Numbered from the stretch's first letter, positions 46,440-58,734 are shown. The stretch: DNA of 64,000 bases from Phycisphaerales bacterium (GCA_965227775.1 OZ245777.1:2560001-2624000); one strand, 5' to 3'. The notes: a model not told the origin generated them from the letters alone. Program-made: numbers and translations.

Positions 46440-47831
46440 ATGCCCGAGACCTCGAAAAAGATCGATCTGCTCGAAGAGCTCCGCTGGCGGGGATTGCTCC
46501 ACCAGTGCACCGACGAGGAGGGGCTCGCAGAGCACCTGAACCTTCGTGACGGTGACAGGCCACGCCGTATCTACTGCGGCTTCGACCCGACCGCCGACTC
46601 GCTGACCATCGGCAATCTCGTGCCCATCATGACCCTTGTCCACGTGGCCCGGGCCGGGCACGAGCCGGTGGTGGTCATGGGCGGGGGCACCGGGCTCGTC
46701 GGCGATCCTTCGGGCAAATCTGCGGAGCGGAGCCTGATCAGTCGTGACGGGATCGAGAGCAACGTGCACGCCCAGCGGCCAATCTTCGGCAGCGTGTTCG
46801 CGGGCGCCGGCCTTGCCGATCCTCCGATCCTGAACAACCTCGAGTGGCTTGGCAAGGTCAGCTTCCTCGACGCCCTGCGAGACGTCGGCAAGCACTTCAG
46901 CGTGAACCAGATGATCCAGCGGGACTCAGTCCGTGACCGGCTGCACGGCCGCGAGCAGGGCATCAGCTTCACCGAGTTCAGCTACATGATCCTCCAGTCG
47001 CTCGATTTCGCGCATCTACACCTGACCAAGAAGGTCACCGTGCAGTGCGGCGGCAGCGACCAGTGGGGAAATATCGTCTCGGGCATCGATCTCATTCGCA
47101 GGCTGATGGTCGAGCTTCCCATGACCCGGCAACGGCCCGCGTGGCTAAGCACGGAGGCGGGCGACACGGTCGTGCGGGAAGAGCTCGAACGCAGGGCCGC
47201 GGCTTTTGGGTTCACGGTGCCACTTGTGACCAAGGCCGACGGCTCCAAGTTTGGCAAGAGCGAGAGCGGTGCGGTGTGGCTCACCAAGGAACGCACAACC
47301 TGCTACGAGTACTCGCAGTTCTGGCTCAACACCGCCGACGCGGACGTCGAGCGATTCCTCAAGATTTTCACGCTGCTGGACCGCAGTGAGATCGAGGAGA
47401 TCATGCGCCGCCACGAGCAGGCGCCCGGCCGCAGGTACGCGCAGAAGACGCTCGCGAGCCAGGCCGCCACACTCCGGTACGGCGAGGACGAGGCCAGCAG
47501 CGCGCTGCGCGCGGGCGAGGCGTTGTTCTCAGGCGACCTTTCGTCGCTGGATGCGGACGGGCTGGAAGCTGCTATCGCCGACGCACCGAGCATCAACCAC
47601 CCGCGTGCCGACCTTGCAGCAGGACTCCAGCTCATCGATCTGCTTCTGGCAACCGAACTCGCCTCGAGCAAGCGCGAGGCCCGTGAGTTCCTTGCCGCCG
47701 GCGCCATCCGCGTCAACGGCAATCCCCACGACGGTTCTTCGCCGATCACCGCCGATGACTTATTGCATGATCGCCTGACCGTGCTCAAGCGCGGCAAGAA
47801 GAAGCAAGCGGTCGTGCGCTGGGTCGACTAA
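46440..47831 (+). CDS. tyrS: Tyrosine--tRNA ligase
   Basis: YCGFDPTADSL, EFSYMILQSLDF, GGSDQWGNI, KFGKS, C-terminal S4-like domain. Confidence 0.97.
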   Translation: MPETSKKIDLLEELRWRGLLHQCTDEEGLAEHLNLRDGDRPRRIYCGFDPTADSLTIGNLVPIMTLVHVARAGHEPVVVMGGGTGLVGDPSGKSAERSLISRDGIESNVHAQRPIFGSVFAGAGLADPPILNNLEWLGKVSFLDALRDVGKHFSVNQMIQRDSVRDRLHGREQGISFTEFSYMILQSLDFAHLHLTKKVTVQCGGSDQWGNIVSGIDLIRRLMVELPMTRQRPAWLSTEAGDTVVREELERRAAAFGFTVPLVTKADGSKFGKSESGAVWLTKERTTCYEYSQFWLNTADADVERFLKIFTLLDRSEIEEIMRRHEQAPGRRYAQKTLASQAATLRYGEDEASSALRAGEALFSGDLSSLDADGLEAAIADAPSINHPRADLAAGLQLIDLLLATELASSKREAREFLAAGAIRVNGNPHDGSSPITADDLLHDRLTVLKRGKKKQAVVRWVD

Positions 47832-48631
47832 ACGGTGGCGGCCTTCCGCAGCCGAACGAGCAGGTCGTTGAGCTGCGTGCGAGCCTGGCGGGGCGGGGCC
47901 TCGGGCAACCCGCTCTTCTCGGCTGCTGCTTCCAGCCGCTCGTTCAGCGTCGCAAACTGCTCGTGATGGAAGCCAAGGTCCGCCTCGCCCAGTGGCTGGG
48001 TCTCGGCCCCGGTCACCTTGCGTTCGATGAGTTCGTCGATCATGGACACGCGAAACTTCTCGTTGAGCGTGCGAAGGTTGCTCTCCATCACCTGGTCTTC
48101 CATCAGGTGGATACCCGCGAGTAGTGGGCGGTAACTGTAGAGAAGACCCTTCACCGTGCCCTGGCTCGGGCCCGCCACCTTCTCCCACTGATTGCTTGCA
48201 AACCTCCGGAAGTGGTGGCGGTGATGCCGCGTCAGGCAGCGCATCGCGACGTCGCGCAGCTCGGCGAAGCCCTCACCCGCGTGCACGACCAACGGCGAGA
48301 CGATCTGCTCGAGCACGTATCCGTTGCGCCCGAGCAGCATCGTGAAGAACTTATGGACATCGTGGGTCACCAAGTCCATCTCGACCTCGGCGTCGCGGTC
48401 GAGCACCTCGTACGTCTCCCGCGGCGTATCAAGACCGATCATGCTCTCAAGGTCGATCACGTGCGCACCGCGCAGGTCATAATCGCTGTCTGGAGATGCG
48501 AAGCCGTAGAGGTGGGCGCCGCTGACGGTCACGAACAGCAGGTTCGGGTAGTGGGGGTGGGCTTCCAAGTAGGGCTCGATGAGCTCCTGGCGCAGCGGAT
48601 GGCTCGCGGTGATAGTCGGGTAGCTCATCAC
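47828..48631 (-). CDS. Pol-beta superfamily nucleotidyltransferase (YcgL/RlaP-like)
   Basis: SGAHLYGFASPDSDYDLRG, NGYVLEQ, KGLLYSYR. Confidence 0.88.
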   Translation of the reverse strand: MMSYPTITASHPLRQELIEPYLEAHPHYPNLLFVTVSGAHLYGFASPDSDYDLRGAHVIDLESMIGLDTPRETYEVLDRDAEVEMDLVTHDVHKFFTMLLGRNGYVLEQIVSPLVVHAGEGFAELRDVAMRCLTRHHRHHFRRFASNQWEKVAGPSQGTVKGLLYSYRPLLAGIHLMEDQVMESNLRTLNEKFRVSMIDELIERKVTGAETQPLGEADLGFHHEQFATLNERLEAAAEKSGLPEAPPRQARTQLNDLLVRLRKAATV

Positions 48632-48749
48632 ACATAAGCGTATCGAACAGGGAAGCGACCATGCTGCACGTTCGACTTATCTGGCAATCCCCTATCCGCA
48701 CATGGCGACATGGCCTTTGGTGGCCCTGGGGGGTATCCTGATCCTCTAG

Positions 48750-48766
48750 TTTAGAATCATTCCAGA
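48750..48766. promoter_or_regulatory. Putative Fur-family (PerR/Irr-like) operator upstream of katG
   Basis: TTTAGAATCATTCCAGA, 12/14 matches to TTTAGAA-N3-TTCTAAA; contains TAGAAT. Confidence 0.65.
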
Positions 48767-48828
48767 TCGCTGCCGCTCCCGGGCAAGGGGCGGCCCAGCG
48801 ACTTTCCGAGCATGAAGGAGACACCAAT

Positions 48829-51138
<2,310 letters not shown>

Positions 51139-51167
51139 CTCGCGGCGGCGACATGAATCGAAGCACC

Positions 51168-51198
51168 AGCGCCCGGGCAAGAGTCCGGGCGTTGTCTT
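51168..51198 (+). terminator. Probable terminator hairpin after katG
   Basis: AGCGCCCGGGC-AAGA-GTCCGGGCGTT with a weak T tail. Confidence 0.55.
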
Positions 51199-51295
51199 GC
51201 GCGGACCGCCGGAGCCCAGTGATCGGAGAGGTAGCCGGACCAGGGACTTGCACAGGGATCAGCCGGACCAGACTGAGGATTCCCCGATCGCAATA

Positions 51296-51364
51296 AAACA
51301 TGCGTTTGACCCGGGGCAGCCGGGCGGCTATTTTCAAACATCTGTACCAAAACAGGTGTTTGAA
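51296..51364 (+). promoter_or_regulatory. Sigma70-like promoter overlapped by TetR-type operator repeats
   Basis: TTGACC(51306)-N17-TATTTT; inverted repeat TTCAAACATCTGT-N6-ACAGGTGTTTGAA; AAACA-N3-GTTTGA at 51296 and 51350. Confidence 0.75.
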
Positions 51365-52053
51365 TGAAGGCCACAGCCGGACCACACAAGTCGCAAGCCC
51401 AAACCGCCCCCGACGACACTCGGGAACGCCTCGTGCACACCGCGGGAGAGGAATTCGCGAAGGTCGGATTCCAAGCCGCCAGCGTGCGGACAATCTGCGA
51501 TGCCGCGGGGGCCAACGTCTCGGCCGTGAAGTACCACTTCGGCTCCAAAGAAGGACTGTACCTGGCGGTGTGGGCGGTCGCGGCCGAGCAGATGGTGTCG
51601 GCAGAGCCCATGCCGAGGCTCGCAGATGGAGACAACCCACGCGATGCGCTCCGAAAGCTCGTCGCCTGGTTCATGCGGCTGGTCTTGACCGAAAGCGAGT
51701 CGCACCCCTGGGCAGGTCGGCTTCTCGCCCACGAGACAGTTACGCCCACGCCCGGCGCACTCGACATGTTCGTGCAGCACTGCGCCGGCCCGATCAAGGA
51801 CGAGATGTCGCGAGTCGTCCGAGCGGTGGTCGGAAGGAAGCTCGGCCGGAAGACGCACGACGACCTTGTCTATGGCGTCATCGCGCTCTGCGTGAACGCC
51901 AAGCACTGCCGCGAGATCCTCACGCTCCTCGGGCACCCGCCCCCAACCACGAAGGCTGGTATCAACCGCATGGCGGCAACACTGGCGGAGTTTGCGATTC
52001 GGGGCCTCGATGGCTTTTCCGAAAACGCCCAGGCGCAGGAAGGGCACGCCTGA
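51364..52053 (+). CDS. TetR-family regulator (CecR/YbiH-like)
   Basis: TRERL...GFQAASVRTICDAAGANVSAVKYHFGSKEGLY. Confidence 0.92.
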   Translation: MKATAGPHKSQAQTAPDDTRERLVHTAGEEFAKVGFQAASVRTICDAAGANVSAVKYHFGSKEGLYLAVWAVAAEQMVSAEPMPRLADGDNPRDALRKLVAWFMRLVLTESESHPWAGRLLAHETVTPTPGALDMFVQHCAGPIKDEMSRVVRAVVGRKLGRKTHDDLVYGVIALCVNAKHCREILTLLGHPPPTTKAGINRMAATLAEFAIRGLDGFSENAQAQEGHA

Positions 52054-53195
52054 TGCTTCGGACGGCCCTACGAATGCTGCTGGGAGACTCCACCAAGTGC
52101 CTTGGCTTGGTCTTCGGCGTGGCTTTAAGCACGCTGCTGGTCTGCCAGCAGGTCTCGATCTTCTTTGGGTTGCTCGGCCGAGCCTCGAGCGTAGTTCGAG
52201 ACGTCCGCGAGGCCGACGTCTGGGTAATGGACCCGAGCGTCAAGACGGTCGACGCGCCATTCCCGCTGCGCGACACGGCTTTGCAGCGTGTCCGAGGTGT
52301 GGAAGGCGTTGCCTGGGCGGTTCCGTTCTTTCGTGCCAACGTGCAGGTTCGCACGCGCGAGGGCACGCTCGAGAATGCCATTATCTTGGGCATCGATGAC
52401 GCATCGCTTGTTGGCGTACCAGACGCGTTCCTGCTCGGATCCATCGAAGATTTGACGATGCCGGACAGCATCGCGGTGAATCCTGCTGGTTTCCGGTTGC
52501 TCTTCCCCGGACAAGAGCTGGACGTTGGTCGGGTCATCGAGCTGAACGACCAGAGGGCGCGGATCGCCGCCATCGTCGACGCGTCGCCGGCGTTCAGCGC
52601 GAACCTCACGATCTACACCCGCTACAGCCTGGCCACCCAGTACACCAATAACGGGCGCAACCAGCTCAGCTTCGTGCTGGCCAAGGCCGCCGATCCGGAG
52701 CAGCGAGAAGCCGTGGCCGCAGCCATCGCCGAGCAGACGGGCCTGAAAGCAGTCACAAGCGATCAGTTCCGGCTCGAGTCGATTATCTACATCCTCAAGA
52801 ACACGGGTATCCCGGTGAGCTTCGGGACCGTCGTGTTCCTGGGCGTGCTCATCGGGATTGCGATCGTCGGGCTGACGTTCAACCAGTTCATCTCGGAGAA
52901 TCTCCGGCAGTACGCGGCGCTCAAGGCCATCGGCGTACGCAACGGACGGCTTCTGCTCATGACGCTGTTCCAGGCCGCGTTCGTTGGTGCCATCGGCTAT
53001 GGGCTCGGCTTGTTCGCCGCCTCGCAGTTCTTCAACTGGCCGTCCAAGAACGTGGACGCCCTGCGTGGGTTCTACCTGCTGCCCGAGGTCGCCATCGGCG
53101 TTGCCGTGATGGCAACTGTGATCGTCTTCAGCTCCACGATACTCAGCATGCGGCGAGTGCTGGTCGTTGATCCAGCCACGGTCTTCCGAGGGTGA
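52053..53195 (+). CDS. ABC exporter permease (FtsX/DevC-like)
   Basis: TGATG coupling; ADVWVMD; ENLRQYAALKAIG; DPATVFR. Confidence 0.92.
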   Translation: MLRTALRMLLGDSTKCLGLVFGVALSTLLVCQQVSIFFGLLGRASSVVRDVREADVWVMDPSVKTVDAPFPLRDTALQRVRGVEGVAWAVPFFRANVQVRTREGTLENAIILGIDDASLVGVPDAFLLGSIEDLTMPDSIAVNPAGFRLLFPGQELDVGRVIELNDQRARIAAIVDASPAFSANLTIYTRYSLATQYTNNGRNQLSFVLAKAADPEQREAVAAAIAEQTGLKAVTSDQFRLESIIYILKNTGIPVSFGTVVFLGVLIGIAIVGLTFNQFISENLRQYAALKAIGVRNGRLLLMTLFQAAFVGAIGYGLGLFAASQFFNWPSKNVDALRGFYLLPEVAIGVAVMATVIVFSSTILSMRRVLVVDPATVFRG

Positions 53196-53199
53196 TGCC

Positions 53200-53943
53200 A
53201 TGACGACCGCCACCCTGCCACACGACAAGTCCGCCGGCCCGACGCTCGCCGTGCGATGCACGGGCATCGAGAAGTCGTTCCGCGCCGGCGAGACACGCAT
53301 CAAGGTGCTCCGTGGTACTGACTTCTCGGCCGAGGCAGGCAAGATGACATTCCTCGTCGGCCCATCAGGCTGTGGCAAGACCACCCTCATCTCTGTCATC
53401 GGCGCGATTCTCTCCTGCGAGGCGGGAGTGCTCGAGGTGCTCGGCAAGGACCTTCGCACGATGCGCGGCGGACGTCTGGCGGACTTCCGGCTCGCCAGCT
53501 TGGGCTTTATCTTCCAGCAGTTCAACTTGTTGCCCGCGCTCAACGCTGAAGAAAATGCCGCGCTCCCGCTCGTCGCTCAAGGCGAGTCGACCTCCAAGGC
53601 CGAGAAGAAGGCCCGTGAGCTACTCGAGCGGCTCGGTCTGAACGGCCAGACGCGGAAGATGCCCTCGCAGCTATCGGGCGGGCAGCAGCAGCGCGTCGCC
53701 ATCGCTCGGGCGCTCGTGCATGAGCCAAGCCTGCTCATATGCGACGAACCGACGGCGTCGCTCGATGCCGCATCGGGTCACACCGTGATGGAACTGCTCC
53801 GCGACGTCGCGCTCGCGGGCGACCGATCGGTCATCGTTGTCACGCACGATAGCCGCATCTTCGAGTTTGCCGACCACATCAACCACATGGCCGACGGTCG
53901 CATTACGCGGACCGAGACGCCGGAGAAGGAGTCGCGACCATGA
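53200..53943 (+). CDS. ABC exporter ATP-binding subunit
   Basis: GPSGCGKTT, LSGGQQQRVAIARAL, CDEPTASLD, VTHD. Confidence 0.96.
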   Translation: MTTATLPHDKSAGPTLAVRCTGIEKSFRAGETRIKVLRGTDFSAEAGKMTFLVGPSGCGKTTLISVIGAILSCEAGVLEVLGKDLRTMRGGRLADFRLASLGFIFQQFNLLPALNAEENAALPLVAQGESTSKAEKKARELLERLGLNGQTRKMPSQLSGGQQQRVAIARALVHEPSLLICDEPTASLDAASGHTVMELLRDVALAGDRSVIVVTHDSRIFEFADHINHMADGRITRTETPEKESRP

Positions 53944-55118
53944 GTACTCGATCAAGGCTCCTGACGTGGGGGCTGCCGCTCGTTGGTCTCTCGGCCCTGG
54001 TGATGGGAACCGGGCTGGTGGTGAAGAACCGGCCGATCACGACGGACGAAACGCCGCCCCGCCAGCCAACGACCGCACCGACGGCAGCCGATACCAGTAT
54101 CGAAGTGGATGGGACGGCCTACATCGGCGCCATCGGTACCAGCGAGCCGCCGGGCGAGGCTCTGGCGATCGCGGCGCACACGGCGGGGGTCATCACAGAC
54201 GTGCACGTTGGCATTGGTGATCAGATCCGCAGGGGCGATCCGCTGTTCACGGTAGACACGAGCCGGGCGGAGGCCGACGTGGCGCTGCGCGAGGCGGAGA
54301 TCGAGATGGCGACCAGCGATCTCGCGTCGCTGCGCGCCGCCATCCCGCCGCTGCGTGCGTCGTTGCGGTCGGCCGAGGCTTCGGCACAATCGGCTTGGGC
54401 CGACCTGCGCGTGGCCGAGGCCGACCTGGCCGACAAGCAGAACCAGCTCGCCATCGCCCAGGCAGTCGACGACCCCCGTGCGATTTCACGCGAGGAGGTC
54501 GACCGCCGGAGATTCGCCGTCGCGCAGTCCGAGGCTCGCGTCGAGACGGCCCGCGCCGCTATCGAGCGCGCCGACGCGAGCGTCGCGGCGGCACGAGCCG
54601 AGCTGCAGCGGTTCGTCGACGCGGACGGGTTGGGAGACGGCCCGGAGATCCTCGCCGCTGAGTCGCGCGTCACCCAGGCTCGCCGGGCAGTCGCGCGGGC
54701 ACGGGCGGATCTGGAGTTGCTCACCGTCCGCAGCCCGGTCGATGGCCGCGTGCTGCAGGCCAATGCAAGGCAGGGCGAGTTCGCACCTGCGTCGGTTCCC
54801 AACGAGGGACTGTTCGTCTTGGGTCGCGAGGGCTCGATGCACTTGCGTGTCGAGATCGACGAGGTCGACATCCCTCGCTTCTCGCCGAGCGCTCGCGCAT
54901 GGGCGTCTCCGCGTGGCGATGCAGGGCAACGAGTCGCTCTCGAGTTCGTGGCCATCGAGCCCTTGGTGGTTCCGAAGCGAAACCTCTCCGGCCGCACAAG
55001 CGAGTTGATCGACACGCGCGTGCTCCAGGTCGTCTACGTGCTCGACGAGTCGTTCGAGTCGCCCGGCATCGGCCAGCAGTTCGACGTCTACGTCGAGATC
55101 GCGGGAGACGGATCATGA
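53940..55118 (+). CDS. HlyD-family periplasmic adaptor (DevB-like)
   Basis: N-terminal TM; GDPLFTVD; coiled coil; VRSPVDG; DTRVLQVVY. Confidence 0.9.
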   Translation: MSTRSRLLTWGLPLVGLSALVMGTGLVVKNRPITTDETPPRQPTTAPTAADTSIEVDGTAYIGAIGTSEPPGEALAIAAHTAGVITDVHVGIGDQIRRGDPLFTVDTSRAEADVALREAEIEMATSDLASLRAAIPPLRASLRSAEASAQSAWADLRVAEADLADKQNQLAIAQAVDDPRAISREEVDRRRFAVAQSEARVETARAAIERADASVAAARAELQRFVDADGLGDGPEILAAESRVTQARRAVARARADLELLTVRSPVDGRVLQANARQGEFAPASVPNEGLFVLGREGSMHLRVEIDEVDIPRFSPSARAWASPRGDAGQRVALEFVAIEPLVVPKRNLSGRTSELIDTRVLQVVYVLDESFESPGIGQQFDVYVEIAGDGS

Positions 55119-56560
55119 GCCGGCACGCGTCGGTCGTGCTCGGGCTCTCGGCTGCGATCGTGATCTCCGGCTGCGCGGTCGGTCCGGACTACGAGCAACC
55201 CGAGCCCGCGGAGTTGCTTCCTGAGTCGTGGACGGACGCCGAAGCGAGCGAGCCCGAAGCTGCCTTGGGTGATTGGTGGTTGCGATTCGAGGACGAGGAG
55301 CTCACGGCCCTGATCGAGCAGGCGCTCGCCTCGAGCCTCACGCTCGCCGAGGCCCGAGAGCGCATCGTCACCGCTCGCGCCCGCCGCGGCATCGCCAATG
55401 CCGAGCGTCTCCCGACGCTCGATGCCCAGGGCTCGTACGCACGCACCGAGTCGGGCGATGAGGCCCCGCGCGCCGGCCAATCGTCCTTTGGCCCCGATGG
55501 GGACCTGTACTCGCTCGGCGCCGTCGCAGGCTGGGAGCTCGACCTGTGGGGCCGCGTGTCTCGATTGGTTGAGGCCGCCGACGCCGAGATCGAGTTCGCC
55601 ACCGAAGACCTGCGGGCCAGCCGCGTTGCGTTGGTGGCCGAGGTCGCGCGCGAGGTCATCGCCGTGCGCGCGATCGATCGTGATCTCGCGATCGTGCGGG
55701 CCACCATCGAGACCGATCGCGACGCGCTCGACATCGCCATCGCGCGATCGGCCGCCGGCTTTGCTGACGAACTGGACGTTGCGCGGGCTCGTCGGGATCT
55801 CGAATCGAACCAGGCGTTGATCCCGGGGCTCGAGTCCGACCGCCGCGCGGCCGAGTTCCGCGTGGCCGTGCTGCTGGGTGTGCCGGCGGGCTCGGTCACG
55901 ATCGCGGAGCGCGGCTTGCCCGAAGGCATCGCCGTACCGAGCCGCGGCGTGCCGGCCGACCTGCTCATGCGTCGCCCCGATCTGCGGCGTGCCGAGCGCG
56001 AGCTTGCCGCCGCCACCGCGCGCATCGGTGCCGCCGAGGCCGAACGCTTCCCACGCGTCACGCTGCTCGGCTCCATCACGCTCCAGGGACCGGACGCGAG
56101 CGACGCGGTCAACCCCGAGGCCTACGTGCTCCAGGCCGGGCCGACGATCTCGCTGCCGCTCTTCCAGGGGGGCCGCATCGATGCCCGCGTGCAGCAGGCC
56201 GAGAGCGAGCAGCGGCAGGCACTGATCCGTCTGCAGGCCGCTGCGCTCGATGCGCTGGCCGAGGTTGAGACCGCCGGCGTCCGCCGCGCCCAGGCCGAGG
56301 CGCGCGCCGAGCGATTCCGCAAGGCTGAGGCCGCCGCCCGCGACGCCGAGACGCTCTCGCAGGATCGCTTCTCCGCCGGCCGCGTCGACTTCCTGGATGT
56401 CACCGAGGCCCGCCGCGCGCGACTGGCCATCGAGCGGAGCGTGGTCCGCGCCCAGCGTGATGCGTTGCTCGGGCTGATCGATCTCTACGCCTCGCTTGGT
56501 GGGGGGTGGGAAGCCCCCGTGCTCGATGCGGACGCGTCGACATCGAATTCGGACGCGTAG
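55115..56560 (+). CDS. Outer membrane efflux lipoprotein (NodT/OprM family)
   Basis: SGCAVGPDY, WELDLWGR, RRPDLRRAER, LYASLGGGW. Confidence 0.95.
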   Translation: MSRHASVVLGLSAAIVISGCAVGPDYEQPEPAELLPESWTDAEASEPEAALGDWWLRFEDEELTALIEQALASSLTLAEARERIVTARARRGIANAERLPTLDAQGSYARTESGDEAPRAGQSSFGPDGDLYSLGAVAGWELDLWGRVSRLVEAADAEIEFATEDLRASRVALVAEVAREVIAVRAIDRDLAIVRATIETDRDALDIAIARSAAGFADELDVARARRDLESNQALIPGLESDRRAAEFRVAVLLGVPAGSVTIAERGLPEGIAVPSRGVPADLLMRRPDLRRAERELAAATARIGAAEAERFPRVTLLGSITLQGPDASDAVNPEAYVLQAGPTISLPLFQGGRIDARVQQAESEQRQALIRLQAAALDALAEVETAGVRRAQAEARAERFRKAEAAARDAETLSQDRFSAGRVDFLDVTEARRARLAIERSVVRAQRDALLGLIDLYASLGGGWEAPVLDADASTSNSDA

Positions 56561-56622
56561 GCGTGCGACGGCACAGCTGAAACGTCCATCTATGGTTGAG
56601 CGTGCTCGCGATACCATCGAGC

Positions 56623-57975
56623 ATGCCGATCCGGACCTTGCCAAGCCGCTCGATCGCCACGCTCGCATTGCTCTCGCTCGCCCTGGGCCTGCTACCCGCA
56701 TGCGCAGCCAGGCTCGAGCCGCTCATGCCCACGCCCGCCCTCTTCACCGAGACCGGCGTCGACCCGATGGCCCACATCCCCGAGGACGAGCGATGGGTGC
56801 CTCGCCGTGTCTTCTACGCGACGACGCGCGAGCGAACGAGTACGAGACGCGATATCGCCTATGACAACCGCGAGGCCGACCACCTCTCGATGGGTGTTGC
56901 GCTCATCGGCTTCGGGTCCGAGGACATGACCTGGGCCGACCTCCAGGCCGCATCGGTCGCCCCCGGAACGGACGGCCGCCCGCCGCTCACGATCAACGGC
57001 GTCTTCGAGGCTGGGCACTTCCCGATCGACGCATCGGCCGAGGAGGCCGCCGAGCCCAACCGTGCCGGCTGGCTGCTGGACAACATCGACCAGGCCGTGA
57101 CCAAGGCCCGCGACCCGGACATCCTGGTGTACGTGCACGGGGCGAAGGTCGACTTTTACAACGCGTGCGCCTTCGCGGCCCAGCTCGACCACTTCATGGG
57201 CCGCGACCTGACCTCCCTGGCCTTCGCCTGGCCGACGCATCAGAGCATCCTGTCGTACAGCGTGGGTGACGACGTCGGCCGGGCCTACCACGCCGCGTCG
57301 GCGCTGGCGACGCTGCTCGAAGTCCTGGCCGCGGACACGAGCGCCCGGCGCATCCACGTCTTATGCTGGAGCGCGGGCGGCCGCGTGACCTCGCGCGCCA
57401 TGGCGCTCCTCCGCGATCGTCACGCAGACCTCGACCACGCGGGGCTGCAGGAAAAGCTCCGCCTGGGCACGGTCTACTTCGCCGCGGCCGATGTGCCGGC
57501 AGACCAGTTCCTCGAGGAGCTCCCGGCGATCCACAACCTGGCGAGGGAAGTCGCCGTGACGCAGAGCGATGCCGACGGCGCGCTCGCCTCTGCCGAGCGA
57601 TTCATGGGTGGCCAGCCGCGCATCGGCCTGCTGCACGCGGCGACGGTGGCCGAAGAGCACGCCGCGTGGCTGCTGGACCTCGAACGACTCCACGTGATCG
57701 ATGTGTCGCGCGGCGCGAGCGAGCGCGGCTTCGATATCACGGGCCACCGCTACTGGTATAACCATCCTTGGGCCAGTTCGGACGTCGTGCTGTCGATCCG
57801 GACCGACCTGGGCCCCGCCGAGCGCGGCCTCATTGGTGTGCCGCGAGAGGATCGGCCCGACCGGGAACCCATCGTGTGGTCAATCCCAGCCGACTACCCC
57901 GATCGCCTGCGCGACCTAGGCGGGCTCCGCGGCACGGCGCCCCTTCGAGAGTGGACGTCCGAGGCGGGCGACTAG
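56623..57975 (+). CDS. Alpha/beta hydrolase (DUF900-like), probable lipoprotein
   Basis: LPAC; VFYATTR; LVYVHG; FAWP; CWSAGGR; AAADV; GHRYW. Confidence 0.8.
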   Translation: MPIRTLPSRSIATLALLSLALGLLPACAARLEPLMPTPALFTETGVDPMAHIPEDERWVPRRVFYATTRERTSTRRDIAYDNREADHLSMGVALIGFGSEDMTWADLQAASVAPGTDGRPPLTINGVFEAGHFPIDASAEEAAEPNRAGWLLDNIDQAVTKARDPDILVYVHGAKVDFYNACAFAAQLDHFMGRDLTSLAFAWPTHQSILSYSVGDDVGRAYHAASALATLLEVLAADTSARRIHVLCWSAGGRVTSRAMALLRDRHADLDHAGLQEKLRLGTVYFAAADVPADQFLEELPAIHNLAREVAVTQSDADGALASAERFMGGQPRIGLLHAATVAEEHAAWLLDLERLHVIDVSRGASERGFDITGHRYWYNHPWASSDVVLSIRTDLGPAERGLIGVPREDRPDREPIVWSIPADYPDRLRDLGGLRGTAPLREWTSEAGD

Positions 57976-58077
57976 GGCCTTCGCCGTTTCCGACAAAGGT
58001 CGAGGCCAGTCGGAGCCGCAGAGGGGACGCAGCCGCCCTTGCCACGCGAACGCGGCATTTGACTCACTCTTGGTGCT

Positions 58078-58731
58078 CTAAGCCTGTTCCCTCGGACCCC
58101 GCCACAAGAACACGACCAGCACACCCACCCCGATGATGAGCCACAGGTCGGCCAGGTTGCTCACGTAGGGCCATACCTCGCGGCCGCTCCACGGTGTCTC
58201 GACTCCAAAGGGGTAGTTCACTCCGGGCAGCGGGTGCAAAAAATCACGCACGCACGCAAAGCGAACCCGGTCGTACAGGTTGCCCAGTCCACCCGAGATG
58301 ACCAGCCCGATTGCGACGTGGGCCCATCGGTCGCGCGGGCCGGTCCACCTGGCGAACATCCAAAGCGCGAAGGCGATCGCCAGAGTCGTCGCGATGATGA
58401 AGAACACGCGCTTGCCGGCGCCGATGCCGAAGACGGCACCGGGGTTCAGGACGAGCTTGAATTCGAGCACGTGCGGCACGAGCACGGTCGGCTCATGGCG
58501 GGGAATGAGGGTCTGCAGCTCGGTCGCCTCGATCACGTCGCGGCGGTCGATGGCGACTGGCGACGACGCGAGCGTGTTGAAAGCGATCGTCTTGCTAGCG
58601 AGATCGATGACCGTGCCGAGCACGACCACGATGAGCAGCAAGATCCACGCCTTGCGTCCGGGGCGAACCGGCTTGGCAACGGGAGCCTCTGTGTCTTTGG
58701 AATCGGCCTTCGATGTCGCGGGCTTTGCCAC
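58078..58731 (-). CDS. lspA: Lipoprotein signal peptidase II
   Basis: DLASK, NPGAVFG, GGLGNLYDR, VRDFL, NLAD. Confidence 0.93.
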   Translation of the reverse strand: MAKPATSKADSKDTEAPVAKPVRPGRKAWILLLIVVVLGTVIDLASKTIAFNTLASSPVAIDRRDVIEATELQTLIPRHEPTVLVPHVLEFKLVLNPGAVFGIGAGKRVFFIIATTLAIAFALWMFARWTGPRDRWAHVAIGLVISGGLGNLYDRVRFACVRDFLHPLPGVNYPFGVETPWSGREVWPYVSNLADLWLIIGVGVLVVFLWRGPREQA

Positions 58732-58734
58732 GGC

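Noticed and set aside
51300..52052. 631-aa extended ABC permease ORF
   Set aside because: The 5' part is an alternative frame over the TetR gene; the permease starts at ATG 52053
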